Positions 51,459-62,138 of a stretch of DNA of 64,000 bases are shown one piece after another. The number at the start of each line of letters is the position of its first letter. The stretch's first letter is position 1. Source of the stretch: Candidatus Poribacteria bacterium (GTDB taxonomy: Bacteria; Poribacteria; WGA-4E; WGA-3G); the NCBI GenBank assembly GCA_963663765.2, contig CAXXUA010000005.1, forward strand, positions 1 to 64,000, in the 5' to 3' direction. The notes beneath the pieces were generated by a model that saw only the letters and a program-made list of their open reading frames with translations, was not told the DNA's origin and did no database searches. Made by a program: the position numbers and the translations under genes.

Positions 51459-52034
51459 ATGGCTACTGCTACTGCAAAAATCCTACTAACCCCTGAAGAC
51501 TATCTTATTATGGAACGAGAAGCGGAATTCAAAAGCGAATACCGTAACGGGCAAATAGTTGCAATGCCTGGAGCAAGTCGTCAACATAACCTGATTTCGG
51601 TTAATATCTCCAGTAGACTTCACCTGCAGTTGTTAGATAGAGGGTGTGAAGTATATGCTAACGATATGCGCGTAAAGGTAAGTGGCACAGGATTATACAC
51701 GTATCCAGATGTTGTCGTTGTGTGTGATGAACCGCAGTTTGAGGACAATCACGTTGATACGCTTCTCAATCCAACTGTCATTGTAGAGGTGCTTTCCCCA
51801 TCAACTGAGACTTATGATAGGAATGACAAGTTTTTATCCTATCAAACCCTTGAATCTCTTCAGGAATACATACTCGTATCGCAAAAATGTGTGGGTGTTG
51901 AACAGTTTGTACGACAAAGCGGACCGTGGATTCTGAGAGAGTTTCATTCGCTTGAAGATGTGCTTCAGCTTGCGTCAATAGAGTGTTCGTTAGCAATACA
52001 AGCAATATATGCTAAAGTCAAATTTTTGAGGTAG
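51459..52034 (+). CDS. Uma2 family endonuclease (tandem paralog)
   Basis: Close paralog of 50593-51168. Confidence 0.92.
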   Translation: MATATAKILLTPEDYLIMEREAEFKSEYRNGQIVAMPGASRQHNLISVNISSRLHLQLLDRGCEVYANDMRVKVSGTGLYTYPDVVVVCDEPQFEDNHVDTLLNPTVIVEVLSPSTETYDRNDKFLSYQTLESLQEYILVSQKCVGVEQFVRQSGPWILREFHSLEDVLQLASIECSLAIQAIYAKVKFLR

Positions 52035-52040
52035 CGGAAA

Positions 52041-53912
52041 ATGAAGGAAAATCAGCCAAAAATGTGGCAATCCCTTCCAAACGCACCGGGGGTATATCTT
52101 ATGAAAGCCTCTGACGGTTCCCCTATCTATATCGGGAAAGCGGTAAACCTAAGAAATAGGGTGCGTTCCTATTTCCAGCTGAGCGGTCACTCCGAAAACC
52201 CACTGACTGCACAGATGATGCGGTATGTAACAGAGGTAGATTATATTGTCACAAGCACTGAAATAGAAGCACTGATTCTGGAAAATAATCTCATCAAGGC
52301 GCATCAACCACGTTATAATGTCAAACTCAAAGACGATAAACGCTACCCTTTCTTACGAGTAACTACGAATGAGCCGTATCCGCGCATTATGATTACTCGC
52401 AAAACAGATAGTGATGGTACGCGCTATTTTGGTCCCTTTGTACGGGTTCGTTCCACAAGACAAGTACTCAAACAGTTGACTAAATTGTTTCCTATCCGCA
52501 CATGCACACTACCACTAAAGGAAGCAAACAATAAATACCGTGCTTGCCTTGATTATCACATCGGACGGTGTCCTGCACCATGTGCTAATAAAATTGATGT
52601 GCAAGATTACAAGAAGATCGTTAGAAAAATATGTCAGTTCCTTGGTGGGAATACAAACGCTGTCGTCCGAGACCTGAAACACCAAATGGAAGCTGCTGCA
52701 AAATCACTGGACTTTGAAACTGCTGCCAGATATCGAGATATGTTGAACGACGTACAGCAAGCTATCACGACACAGCAAAGTCTTGATAAAGTTGCAACAG
52801 TGGATGAAGATGTCATTGGTATTGCGACTGCATTTCAAAACGATCTGCAGTCAAAACTCGGAGATGTCGCTTGTGTGCAGGTGTTACACATACGGGATGG
52901 AAAGCTACTGGAACGTGAACATTATTATCTAAACGATGTACACCCCGACTTAATTCCGACTGCTGTAAGTGCGTTTGTCTCTCAATACTATCAAAATGCT
53001 GTCTTAGTCCCAAAAACTATTGTGCTACCCATGCAAGTAGAATCGGTGGAATTGATTGAAAAATGGCTTAGCGAAAAACGAGGAAATCACGTCTCACTAC
53101 ATGTTCCAAGGGCAGGCAGACTCAGGCAACTGCAAACTTTAGCGACAAAAAACGCTGAAGTGTTACTAATACAACGGGAACAAAGTGTCGTGTTGAGTAG
53201 CGATGTGGACCCCGCACTTGTTGAATTACAGGAATTACTTGAGATAAACCATCCACTTAGACGGATTGAAGCCTACGACATTTCAAATCTTGGAGATAGC
53301 TATGCTGTGGGTTCTATGGTTGTTCTGGAAGATGGCAAACCTACATCAAGTGAGTATCGTCAGTTTCGGATACGCGACGTTGTCGGTCAAAACGACTTTG
53401 CAATGATGCAGGAGGTAATTACACGGCGTTTCCGACGTGCTGTAACCGGTGACATTAAATTCAGTAAATTACCAGACTTGATGCTAATTGATGGTGGAAA
53501 AGGACAGTTGAGTGCTGCACAAGAAGCCCTGGATCATTTTGCTGAAGCAAAACTGGATCCTGTACCAACGCAAATTCCAATTATCGCATTGGCAAAACGG
53601 ATTGAGGAGATATTTGTTCCGGGAAAACCTGAGCCAATCGTGCTCCGAGAAGATAACCCTACCTTGCATCTAATACAACGGCTGCGAGATGAAGCACATC
53701 GGTTCGCTATTACATACCACCGAAAACTACGGCAGAAAGCTCTGAGTGTGTCCGTACTTGACGAAATTCCAAACATTGGTCCGAAGCGTAAACAGGCTTT
53801 ACTGCAACAATTTGGTTCTATAGATGCAATTCGGCAAGCAAGTTTAGACGAACTTTTATCCGTAAAAGGAATTCCACGCAACGTTGCTGAGAACATACAC
53901 AAGAATCTGTAA
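52041..53912 (+). CDS. uvrC: excinuclease ABC subunit C
   Basis: PGVYLM..YIGKA, Cys cluster, RIEAYDISN, LIDGGKGQ, RDEAHRFA and HhH motifs. Confidence 0.96.
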   Translation: MKENQPKMWQSLPNAPGVYLMKASDGSPIYIGKAVNLRNRVRSYFQLSGHSENPLTAQMMRYVTEVDYIVTSTEIEALILENNLIKAHQPRYNVKLKDDKRYPFLRVTTNEPYPRIMITRKTDSDGTRYFGPFVRVRSTRQVLKQLTKLFPIRTCTLPLKEANNKYRACLDYHIGRCPAPCANKIDVQDYKKIVRKICQFLGGNTNAVVRDLKHQMEAAAKSLDFETAARYRDMLNDVQQAITTQQSLDKVATVDEDVIGIATAFQNDLQSKLGDVACVQVLHIRDGKLLEREHYYLNDVHPDLIPTAVSAFVSQYYQNAVLVPKTIVLPMQVESVELIEKWLSEKRGNHVSLHVPRAGRLRQLQTLATKNAEVLLIQREQSVVLSSDVDPALVELQELLEINHPLRRIEAYDISNLGDSYAVGSMVVLEDGKPTSSEYRQFRIRDVVGQNDFAMMQEVITRRFRRAVTGDIKFSKLPDLMLIDGGKGQLSAAQEALDHFAEAKLDPVPTQIPIIALAKRIEEIFVPGKPEPIVLREDNPTLHLIQRLRDEAHRFAITYHRKLRQKALSVSVLDEIPNIGPKRKQALLQQFGSIDAIRQASLDELLSVKGIPRNVAENIHKNL

Positions 53913-54116
53913 AATATAACTATATTACACACCCTAACTTAATCTGATATGCTGCCCCCTTTTGTACTTTCCATTCTGTTTATGCACCATATCGTGCAAC
54001 TGTTGTGAACACTAACCTGAGATTACAAGTAACCTTTGCTTTGTTGTAATGGCACATTCTTTGCTAATACAAATATAACATTGCCCATTCAGATAGATTA
54101 AAACGAAAGCTAATAA

Positions 54117-56738
54117 ATGATAGAAAGATATACAAGAATCTTCGGAATACTCCTTATACTTCTGTGTGTTGCCTTTCTGCATGTGAAACTCTATCGTTTC
54201 TCGGCAGTGACAAATGTTGGCAACTTACAAACTCTGGTATGTTTAGGACAGGTGACAGAGATTGATACCAGTGAAGATGTAGATCAAATTCTTAGCTTCC
54301 TGATTCTCTCAGGAAAATTCCGCGGAGAATCAGTCAAATATAAAAATAACTGGATCGGACGTGCGTTCGGCGACCGTATCATAAGCAAGGGGCAAGTACT
54401 ATTCCTTGAGATTCAGATGCGTGATCCTTCAAATCCATCAATTGACAGGGTCTCAATGGGTGAATACTTTCGCACTCCCTTCCTGCTTTATCTTGCCGGG
54501 GCATTAGGGATTCTCATGATACTCGTTGCTGGTATGAAAGGTGTTCGCGCAATTCTGACCCTATTTGTTACCGCACTTTCTGTTATTTTTATTCTCGTAC
54601 CGCTTACCCTCAAAGGCTTCAACCCAATAGCAGTTGCATTGCTGATTGCCACATTCCTAACAATAACAACCTTCCTACTCATTACTGGCTTCAGTTACAA
54701 AGTTATCTCTGGTGTTCTGGGAACACTCGGTGGTTTAACAGCAGTTGGTATCTTATCTATTCTGAGTCAACGTCTAATGGCATTGACAGGATTAGCAACA
54801 GAATTTGGGTTTCTGGAACTCGGTCTTGCACTGTGGCGCACACCGGAGACACATCATTGGAATTTCGCAGGAATCCTGTCTGCTGGCATCATATTGGGGG
54901 CAGTCGGTGCAATGATGGACGTCAGTATGTCAATCTCCTCAAGTGTACACGAGGTTAAGCAAGTCAATCCTAATATCAGTGTCCGACAATCCATCCGTGC
55001 AGGTTTGAATGTCGGTCGGGACATCATGGGAACAATGGCAGATACGCTTATCTTCGCTTATCTCGGTGCACACATGATCACAATGATACTGCCACGTATT
55101 GAGTTTCCTGAAGCAGGTGTGTTGTATCCATTCCTCCGTATCGTCAACGAAGAAACGACAGCAGTTGCTATTGTTCAGGCAGTTGTAGGCACTATAGGAT
55201 TAGTACTCACCGTACCCATTGCTGCAACAATCGCGGGATTTCTCACAAAATATACCCAGGTACGAAGAACAGCTATTCACGAAAACTTGCCTACAAAAGA
55301 AGAATTAGAAAAAGTATTCGGGAGTGAAGCTGACCATAGTGGTTATCGCATTTTCTCCAGTAGGAATGCAGTACCCATCGCAATGCTGATGGTTTTGATA
55401 GGAACAGTCTTTGTTTTCTATAATATACGCGGACAATCCGCAACAATTTCAGAATATCGTAATGAAAATGGACAACTCATTTCAAAACAGGAATATGTAA
55501 AAGGCAAAGTAATTCGCTTGCTTGAATCAAATGGTGATTTTCTTTTTACAATAGATGACTCTATCAAAACAGATTTGGACAAGAAAAGACTACCAACGAC
55601 CTTAAGAAATGCGTTTGCGAAAAACAATATTTCTCTATCCTATGATGTCAATGTTTCAATAAAACCATGGAAAGATAGCCGTTGGTTAATCACAGATGTA
55701 GAATACGAACAGACATTCAGCATACGCACCGCACAAGATGGAACAAACACCCTTAATGTATATGATTCCGAAACTGAACACCATATACTTGAGGTAAAAA
55801 TGCTTGGGGGCATGTATAAAGGTAAACACTTAGTTTTACGCAATATCGTCAATCATAGCATGCCGTTGTTGAGTATTCCAGCTGAACCCGGTGATATTGT
55901 CCTATGCAAAGTTGGGGGAGATTCAGAGAAAATTAGTATAGTCAATATCGTGCAAGAATATTCGCGAGATAAATTCCTTATCTGGTTTGTTGGTGGGATG
56001 TTTCTGCTGATCATCCTTGTTGGGAGAAGTGAGGGAATACGTACTGTTTGCGCAATGATGATTTCTGGTGCAGTGATATATTTTTTCATGCTACCTCTCA
56101 TTACGCAAGGTATGAACGCGGTTATCGTTGTAACATTGACTTCGGGTGTAGTTGCGTTTGTCTCTTTAGTCTTCGTCATAGGACCCAGTCGGAAGACATT
56201 TGCTGCTGTGTTGGGGACAATGGGCGGTATTCTTGTTGCTGGCTTGATAGTACTGTTTGCACAGAAGCAGCTGCATTTCAACGGTTTAGAGGATGCAATG
56301 GCCGCAGATATTGTTGAAGCAACGCGAACACAGACATTTGATTTTGTGCAACTTCTGTTAGCAGGTATGTTGATGGGTGTGTTGGGTGTAGCAGTTGATG
56401 GAGCAATTGAAGTGGCATCCAGTATGGAGGAGATACGTCGTGCAAATCCAAATATGCCAACATTGCGGTTGATTGCGTCTGGACTCAATGTTGGAACTGA
56501 TATCCTCGGTACTATGGTGAATACCTTGGTGTTCGCTTATCTTGGGGTGGACTTGTTGCTCGTTATAACGATTGTCGCACCAAATAGTGAACTGTTTAAA
56601 GAACCTGCTGTGCAGTTACTGAGCGTAGGAGTCGTGTCTGCGGAGATTGTGCGGCTACTTGCAGGGACACTCGGTTTAGTGTTAGCAATTCCGATCACTG
56701 CGGTCATTTGTGCCTTTTGGAATCCCAAGAAAGTGTAG
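54117..56738 (+). CDS. YibE/F family membrane protein with two YibE/F domains
   Basis: Two copies of GA.MD..MSI.SS..E...NP...G.NVG.DI.GTM..TL.FAYLG...G.IGLVL..PI.A. Confidence 0.88.
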   Translation: MIERYTRIFGILLILLCVAFLHVKLYRFSAVTNVGNLQTLVCLGQVTEIDTSEDVDQILSFLILSGKFRGESVKYKNNWIGRAFGDRIISKGQVLFLEIQMRDPSNPSIDRVSMGEYFRTPFLLYLAGALGILMILVAGMKGVRAILTLFVTALSVIFILVPLTLKGFNPIAVALLIATFLTITTFLLITGFSYKVISGVLGTLGGLTAVGILSILSQRLMALTGLATEFGFLELGLALWRTPETHHWNFAGILSAGIILGAVGAMMDVSMSISSSVHEVKQVNPNISVRQSIRAGLNVGRDIMGTMADTLIFAYLGAHMITMILPRIEFPEAGVLYPFLRIVNEETTAVAIVQAVVGTIGLVLTVPIAATIAGFLTKYTQVRRTAIHENLPTKEELEKVFGSEADHSGYRIFSSRNAVPIAMLMVLIGTVFVFYNIRGQSATISEYRNENGQLISKQEYVKGKVIRLLESNGDFLFTIDDSIKTDLDKKRLPTTLRNAFAKNNISLSYDVNVSIKPWKDSRWLITDVEYEQTFSIRTAQDGTNTLNVYDSETEHHILEVKMLGGMYKGKHLVLRNIVNHSMPLLSIPAEPGDIVLCKVGGDSEKISIVNIVQEYSRDKFLIWFVGGMFLLIILVGRSEGIRTVCAMMISGAVIYFFMLPLITQGMNAVIVVTLTSGVVAFVSLVFVIGPSRKTFAAVLGTMGGILVAGLIVLFAQKQLHFNGLEDAMAADIVEATRTQTFDFVQLLLAGMLMGVLGVAVDGAIEVASSMEEIRRANPNMPTLRLIASGLNVGTDILGTMVNTLVFAYLGVDLLLVITIVAPNSELFKEPAVQLLSVGVVSAEIVRLLAGTLGLVLAIPITAVICAFWNPKKV

Positions 56739-56917
56739 GGTCAATAACTATCGATCTGACATTTCTCAATAACACTACAAATCCACTAACAATCACTACA
56801 AAAAAGGTATAATCTCATGAAAATGCGATTTGTTTGAAGAATTAACTTGATTAATAATGCCTGAATACCCCTCCAAATAAAAAATACTAAATTTGATTAT
56901 ACTTAGGAGGACATCTC

Positions 56918-57190
56918 ATGCATCATCAGATTATCAAATCTGTAAAGTTTTTTCAACATCTTCTTTTTTCTCGTTTTCGCCGTATTCGTTCACAAATCGT
57001 TGACACATTACTATTGTTATCCGTTTGTCATCTTTATGGTCTGTATAATCTGAATCAAGTTGCGGATACGTTAGCACGTCCCAAAGCTGGACTTTATCGG
57101 AATCTTCATGCAATGAGCTGGCTTCACTGGTAATGCTTGAATGTGCGGCTCGGATGCCCTATGGCAATTGTGCTCAGTCAACATCTGTTT
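56918..57190 (+). pseudogene. probable transposase N-terminal remnant
   Basis: AGGAGG RBS, HTH-like NQVADTL..PKAGLYR and an early stop; adjacent to another IS remnant. Confidence 0.4.
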
Positions 57191-57256
57191 GATTGTTTTT
57201 CATGAAAATGGTATCATTAGACTCAAGATAATTGTTCAAATAACTTGGAGTCTCTT

Positions 57257-57601
57257 ATGTCAGCAAAACAATTTAGAGTATTTCTTGATCATGATCAACG
57301 AGATTACCTCATTGATTTCATTTCTTCTGGTATTGAATCTGCACGAAAACTTACGCGTGCAAGGATCTTATTGAAAGCCAACGAAGGCGAGTGTGGACCT
57401 GCTTATGACGATAATCAGATATAAGAAGCTCTTGACGTTTCAAAACCTAATATTGAGAGAAAACGTAATACCTTTGTGCTTGAAGGACTTACTGCCGCAC
57501 TGACCCATAAAAAGCGGACTGACACACCAAGCAAAAAGTTTGATGGAGAAAAAAGCACATCTTATCGCTTTAGTTTGCTCAGACCCATCTGAGGGTTACG
57601 G
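57257..57601 (+). pseudogene. IS630 family transposase HTH remnant
   Basis: Manual translation: SARKLTRARILLKA...DNQI*EAL...EGLTAAL...KFDGEK / HLIALVCSDPSEGY. Confidence 0.75.
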
Positions 57602-57670
57602 TACATCCTGCTTAAATCTATATTTTATGAAAAACCCTCCTAAGAATCAATACAAAACATAGGTTATATT

Positions 57671-59998
57671 ATGAATAATACTCACACGAATATAGGTCTA
57701 TTTGTCGCATCTCTTGGTGTTCTCTTTCTCAGTTTTTGTCTATTCTCACTATGCTATGCACAGGATACAACGCAAGACGCAACACAGACGAATTCTTTTG
57801 AACGCAAGGTTAGAGTTGTATACTTTTTGCCTAATAACCGTACATATCGTCAGGAATTGGAAGATCGTATCAGAACACAGATCGTTTATATTCAATCGTT
57901 TTATACGAACCAAATGGCAGCACACGGATATAGTGGTATGTCTATTCGTATTGAAAGGGATACAGATGGTATTATCGTAGTGAATCGTCTTGATGGAAGA
58001 TTTCCGAGTTCATATTACAATTCGGCTTTATCTGAAAAGCAAGAAGTAGACGCAGCTTTTGATACAAAGAAAAACATTTATTTAGTGGTCAGTGATAAAA
58101 ATAAAACAACTGGGTACGGTGATAAACGCTCTAAAATCGGTGGTGCTGCTTATGTTGGTGGAAACTTTCTGAATGAAACGATGTGGAATACAGCAGCACA
58201 CGAACTTGGACATGTTTTCGGTTTACCACACGATTTCAGAGGACCACCTTTCATCATGTCATATTCTTACAAAAGGAAAAATGTTTCGATCTCTGAATGT
58301 GCTGCGAAATATCTATCTGTACACCCTTATTTCAATACAAGTATACCATTAGCAACTGGAACTAATCCAATAGTAGAAATATTGTCATCACTTGAGTTTA
58401 CATCAGATGTTGAAAGTGTACCAATAAATCTAAATATTGCGGATAATGATGGATTACACCAAATTCGATTATTTAGTACAAGTATCATCACTTGTCGTGA
58501 TTTATCTGGCACATCTGCGAAAGTAATATTTGATTATGATGGACATTCCAAAAACTTAGGCTCCGTTGGTCTCTCAGATAAAAGAGACCATTATATGCGT
58601 GTTGATGTTATTGATGTTCATGGAAATGAAACTCAAACAAGTTTCCTATTGACAAATACAAGCATACCAGAAACAACAAATCTTCCTCCCGTTTTTACGG
58701 AAGGTAAAAGCACAAGACGCTTTGTTCAAGAAAATATATCATCTGGTAGAAATATAGGTATCCCTGTTGTTGCAATAGATCCGGAAAATAATAGATTGCA
58801 ATACTCTTTGTCTGGAATCGATACTTATTCATTTAGTCTAAATAGAAATACTGGACAATTAAAAAGTCGTGCTACTCTTGATTATGATATGAAAAAGAAA
58901 TACAGGGTGACGGTAAATGTTCGTGATTTCAAAGGTGGAATCGACTCTATTGATGTCACAATAAACGTTATACCAATCGGTCAACATGTCAAACATAAAC
59001 AAATCAGTTTTAGTGAGTTAATGTATGCTTCCAGAGGCGGACCAGAGTCGATGCCACAGTGGATAGAATTGTATAACAATAGAAAAGACAAAGATATAGT
59101 CCTGACTGGATGGACACTTGAAATAGAAGCACTTGATGAAGACGGTATTCATCGCCATTATGTTGTTAGACTTGACAGTTTTACAATACCTCAACAACAG
59201 ACTGCACTTATCGTGACGTGGACAGGAAGGCAAACTGATAATATATCTACCTCACGTGTTTACAGGTTCTATGAATATCATCATTATACGATCAACACAA
59301 GAGAAAATCGCAACAAAGTCATCGGACAAGTCGGGTTTTGCTTAAAATTATATGATAGTGAAGCCACTCTCATTGACATTGTTGGTAATCTTGATGGTAA
59401 CCCCGACACAGAAGACAAACCGCAATGGGAGATACCCGCTGGCACAACAGAAAGAGACCTACGTACTTCTATTTTACGTAGGTATGAAATAGATGCCGAT
59501 GTTCCAAAAGATGGCACAGTAAAAAACAATTGGAAACGCGCAACCGATCTACTACCATTGGTAGTCAACAGTGTCTGGGGACTCGCAACCGATATCGGCA
59601 ACCCAGGGTATAAGTCAAACTTCCCTTTACCTGTATCGCTTTCACAGTTCCGTGCATATACAACAGCGGAAGGCACACTCATCACTTGGACAACCGAGTC
59701 TGAGTTGGAGAATGCAGGGTTCAATATATTACGTAGCAATACACGCAACGGTGAATACATACAGATCAATAATAAACTTGTTATTGGGGCAGGCACTACT
59801 GGCAACAAAACCCAATATACATGGACAGACACAACGACAAAACCGAATGTGGAATACTACTATCGGATAGAAGATGTATCTTTTAAAGGGGTGAAAAAGG
59901 TGTTATCAACAGCACGAATCAAGGGTTTACTGTCTGCAAAAAATAGGTTGGTAATACAATGGGGATCATTAAAATCTAAAGTATTGCCTAACCAATAA
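57671..59998 (+). CDS. secreted metallopeptidase-cadherin-lamin-tail-like protein (paralog of 32262-35639 without LRRs)
   Basis: HELGHVFGLPH, AIDPENN/LDY, SELM..QWIELYN, LPVSLSQF and WTTESELENAGF motifs. Confidence 0.88.
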   Translation: MNNTHTNIGLFVASLGVLFLSFCLFSLCYAQDTTQDATQTNSFERKVRVVYFLPNNRTYRQELEDRIRTQIVYIQSFYTNQMAAHGYSGMSIRIERDTDGIIVVNRLDGRFPSSYYNSALSEKQEVDAAFDTKKNIYLVVSDKNKTTGYGDKRSKIGGAAYVGGNFLNETMWNTAAHELGHVFGLPHDFRGPPFIMSYSYKRKNVSISECAAKYLSVHPYFNTSIPLATGTNPIVEILSSLEFTSDVESVPINLNIADNDGLHQIRLFSTSIITCRDLSGTSAKVIFDYDGHSKNLGSVGLSDKRDHYMRVDVIDVHGNETQTSFLLTNTSIPETTNLPPVFTEGKSTRRFVQENISSGRNIGIPVVAIDPENNRLQYSLSGIDTYSFSLNRNTGQLKSRATLDYDMKKKYRVTVNVRDFKGGIDSIDVTINVIPIGQHVKHKQISFSELMYASRGGPESMPQWIELYNNRKDKDIVLTGWTLEIEALDEDGIHRHYVVRLDSFTIPQQQTALIVTWTGRQTDNISTSRVYRFYEYHHYTINTRENRNKVIGQVGFCLKLYDSEATLIDIVGNLDGNPDTEDKPQWEIPAGTTERDLRTSILRRYEIDADVPKDGTVKNNWKRATDLLPLVVNSVWGLATDIGNPGYKSNFPLPVSLSQFRAYTTAEGTLITWTTESELENAGFNILRSNTRNGEYIQINNKLVIGAGTTGNKTQYTWTDTTTKPNVEYYYRIEDVSFKGVKKVLSTARIKGLLSAKNRLVIQWGSLKSKVLPNQ

Positions 59999-60519
59999 TT
60001 GAAAGTTGGGATCATAATGAAAATGTCAAAGATTGAACCTTTAACTCGGAACCCTGTAATCAATGCAATTGTTAAATCAACCATATGTATACTCTTAGAT
60101 CAATGATCAATTTTCACTGAAATTGTCCGAACTAATTCTACATAAAGTTGTTATTACGCTCAATAACTTTCGTATTTTTTTAATAGTGCCACATCTCATC
60201 AAAATCTAAAACAACAGTGTTTGTCTCTTGTTCGGCAGGTTGTACGTGTTAAATACCAACTTTCTAATCCTTTGCAAGTGTGTAGTCGGGGAATAAGAAT
60301 ACACATGTTAATATCGCATTCATTGATAACCCATGACAATAAAGAAAACCACTAACGCACGCAACCAAAGTGAAATTCCTCTTGGTGAGAGAAGGGTAAA
60401 CTGAAGACCGCAAGATTTACATTTATATCTTTATTATCATTTATCTATACAATTTTTGACACAGTGTGCAAGTTCATAACGATAACATGACATACAACAA
60501 ACCTCACTTTACAATATCT

Positions 60520-60672
60520 AATAATGACATTGGAGTGAATATTCTGGATTTAGTGCTTGTAGCATATGCTATTGTGGAGGCGGAAACGGATCTTAACGGT
60601 CATGTTGTTGCGAATATCCAGGACTTGGTCATTATCGCAAATGCGCTCGGGAATACAACTTCTTCTCAGTAA
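60520..60672 (+). pseudogene. dockerin-like fragment
   Basis: VNILDLVLVA...DLNG..VANIQDLVIIANALG duplicated motif; no upstream domains. Confidence 0.55.
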
Positions 60673-60753
60673 ATCAAAAATAAAGCTAGTCTTTGAAACC
60701 TTATCCTGCTGTACCTTACGACTTTCAAAACTCTATACACCATTTTAATAAGT

Positions 60754-60876
60754 CAGGACTTACGCAGTTTTCTTGATTTAATCATAAATTGTGACGAAAA
60801 TGATGCCATTATCAGCGTTTTTATGGGTTTCCGGCGCGCTTACAAAGCACGCCTACCGGTGTGTGCGTAAGTCCTG
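60754..60876 (-). mobile_element. MITE family A
   Basis: Reverse orientation, TSD TAAGT. Confidence 0.9.
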
Positions 60877-60887
60877 TAAGTTTAGCA

Positions 60888-62048
60888 TTAACCTCTATAC
60901 AGAGTCCGCATCTGTTTGATCACTTTAGGTAATTTGGCAATCACCGTATCAATTTCTTCTTCAGTTGTGTTTCTTCCGAGTGAAAATCGCACTGTCCCTT
61001 GCGCTAATCTTGGCGGTAATCCGAGAGCTGCAAGGACATGCGACGGTTCCATAGACCCCGAAGTACAAGCTGAACCCGTTGACACACAAATTCCCTCCAT
61101 GTCTAATCGCAATATAAGACTTTCACCCTCTACCGATTCGAAAGAGATATTGAGTGTACCTGGTGCACAATATTCTGGGTGTCCATTGTAATGTAAGCGA
61201 TCAATGTGTACGTTCAATCCCTCGCGCAGCTGCGTAGTGAGTTCGTTTAGATGTTGTAAGTATGTTTCTCGCTCCTGCTTCGCTAGTTCTGCTGCAACAC
61301 CAAGACCGACAATCGCAGGCACATTTTCTGAACCTGCACGTCTATTACGTTCATGTGATCCCCCGTGTACAAGGTTTGCTAAGCGAGCACCTCTGCGGAT
61401 ATATAGAACCCCAATACCTTTTGGCGCATATATTTTATGTCCCGATAGCGTTAACAGATTCACACCGATCTCTTGTACATCTACATCCAATTTGCCAATG
61501 GATTGTACAGCATCTGTATGAACAACGATCTCTTGTTCTTGCGCAACTTGGCAAATTTCCTCAAGCGGTTGAATTGTGCCGTTCTCATTATTGACATGCA
61601 TGATGGAAATCAGTATCGTGGTCTCTTGAATGGCAGAACGGAGTTGCTCTATATCTATCCGTCCATAGCGATCTACAGGTAGGTAGGTTATTTCAAATCC
61701 ACGTTGCTCAAGATATTGGCAGGTGTGCAAGACAGCATGATGCTCTACCGATGAGGTGATGATGTGATTGCCTTCCCCACGACTTTTTTGCAGCTCAGTT
61801 ACCCCTTTTATAGCATGATTGTCTGCCTCAGTACCACTTCCAGTGAAAACAATCTCACTTGGACTTTTGGCACCAATAAGTTCTGCTACCTGTTCCCGCG
61901 CGGTATCAATTGCGTTTCGTGCTTCGCGTCCATAGGCATGTATACTTGAACCATTACCGAACGCATCGGTAAGATAGGGCATCATTGCGTCCCGAACTTC
62001 AGGTCGTAATGGTGTTGTGGCGTTGTAGTCAAGATAGATTCTTTTCAT
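60888..62048 (-). CDS. iscS: cysteine desulfurase (IscS/NifS, class I)
   Basis: YLDYNATTP, HTDAVQ, SGHK PLP lysine and STGSACTS catalytic Cys. Confidence 0.92.
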   Translation of the reverse strand: MKRIYLDYNATTPLRPEVRDAMMPYLTDAFGNGSSIHAYGREARNAIDTAREQVAELIGAKSPSEIVFTGSGTEADNHAIKGVTELQKSRGEGNHIITSSVEHHAVLHTCQYLEQRGFEITYLPVDRYGRIDIEQLRSAIQETTILISIMHVNNENGTIQPLEEICQVAQEQEIVVHTDAVQSIGKLDVDVQEIGVNLLTLSGHKIYAPKGIGVLYIRRGARLANLVHGGSHERNRRAGSENVPAIVGLGVAAELAKQERETYLQHLNELTTQLREGLNVHIDRLHYNGHPEYCAPGTLNISFESVEGESLILRLDMEGICVSTGSACTSGSMEPSHVLAALGLPPRLAQGTVRFSLGRNTTEEEIDTVIAKLPKVIKQMRTLYRG

Positions 62049-62138
62049 ATCTTTAAGGAATGTCGTGTCAGTACGATGGTTAGTAGAGTTCTGTCAAGTT
62101 TATCTGTTCTGCTAAAACAAATCAGTTAGGTGTGTAGG

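Noticed and set aside
60340-60420. Riboswitch-like sequence upstream of the dockerin fragment
   Set aside because: No complete match to a riboswitch consensus that I can recognise, and the downstream gene is only a remnant.
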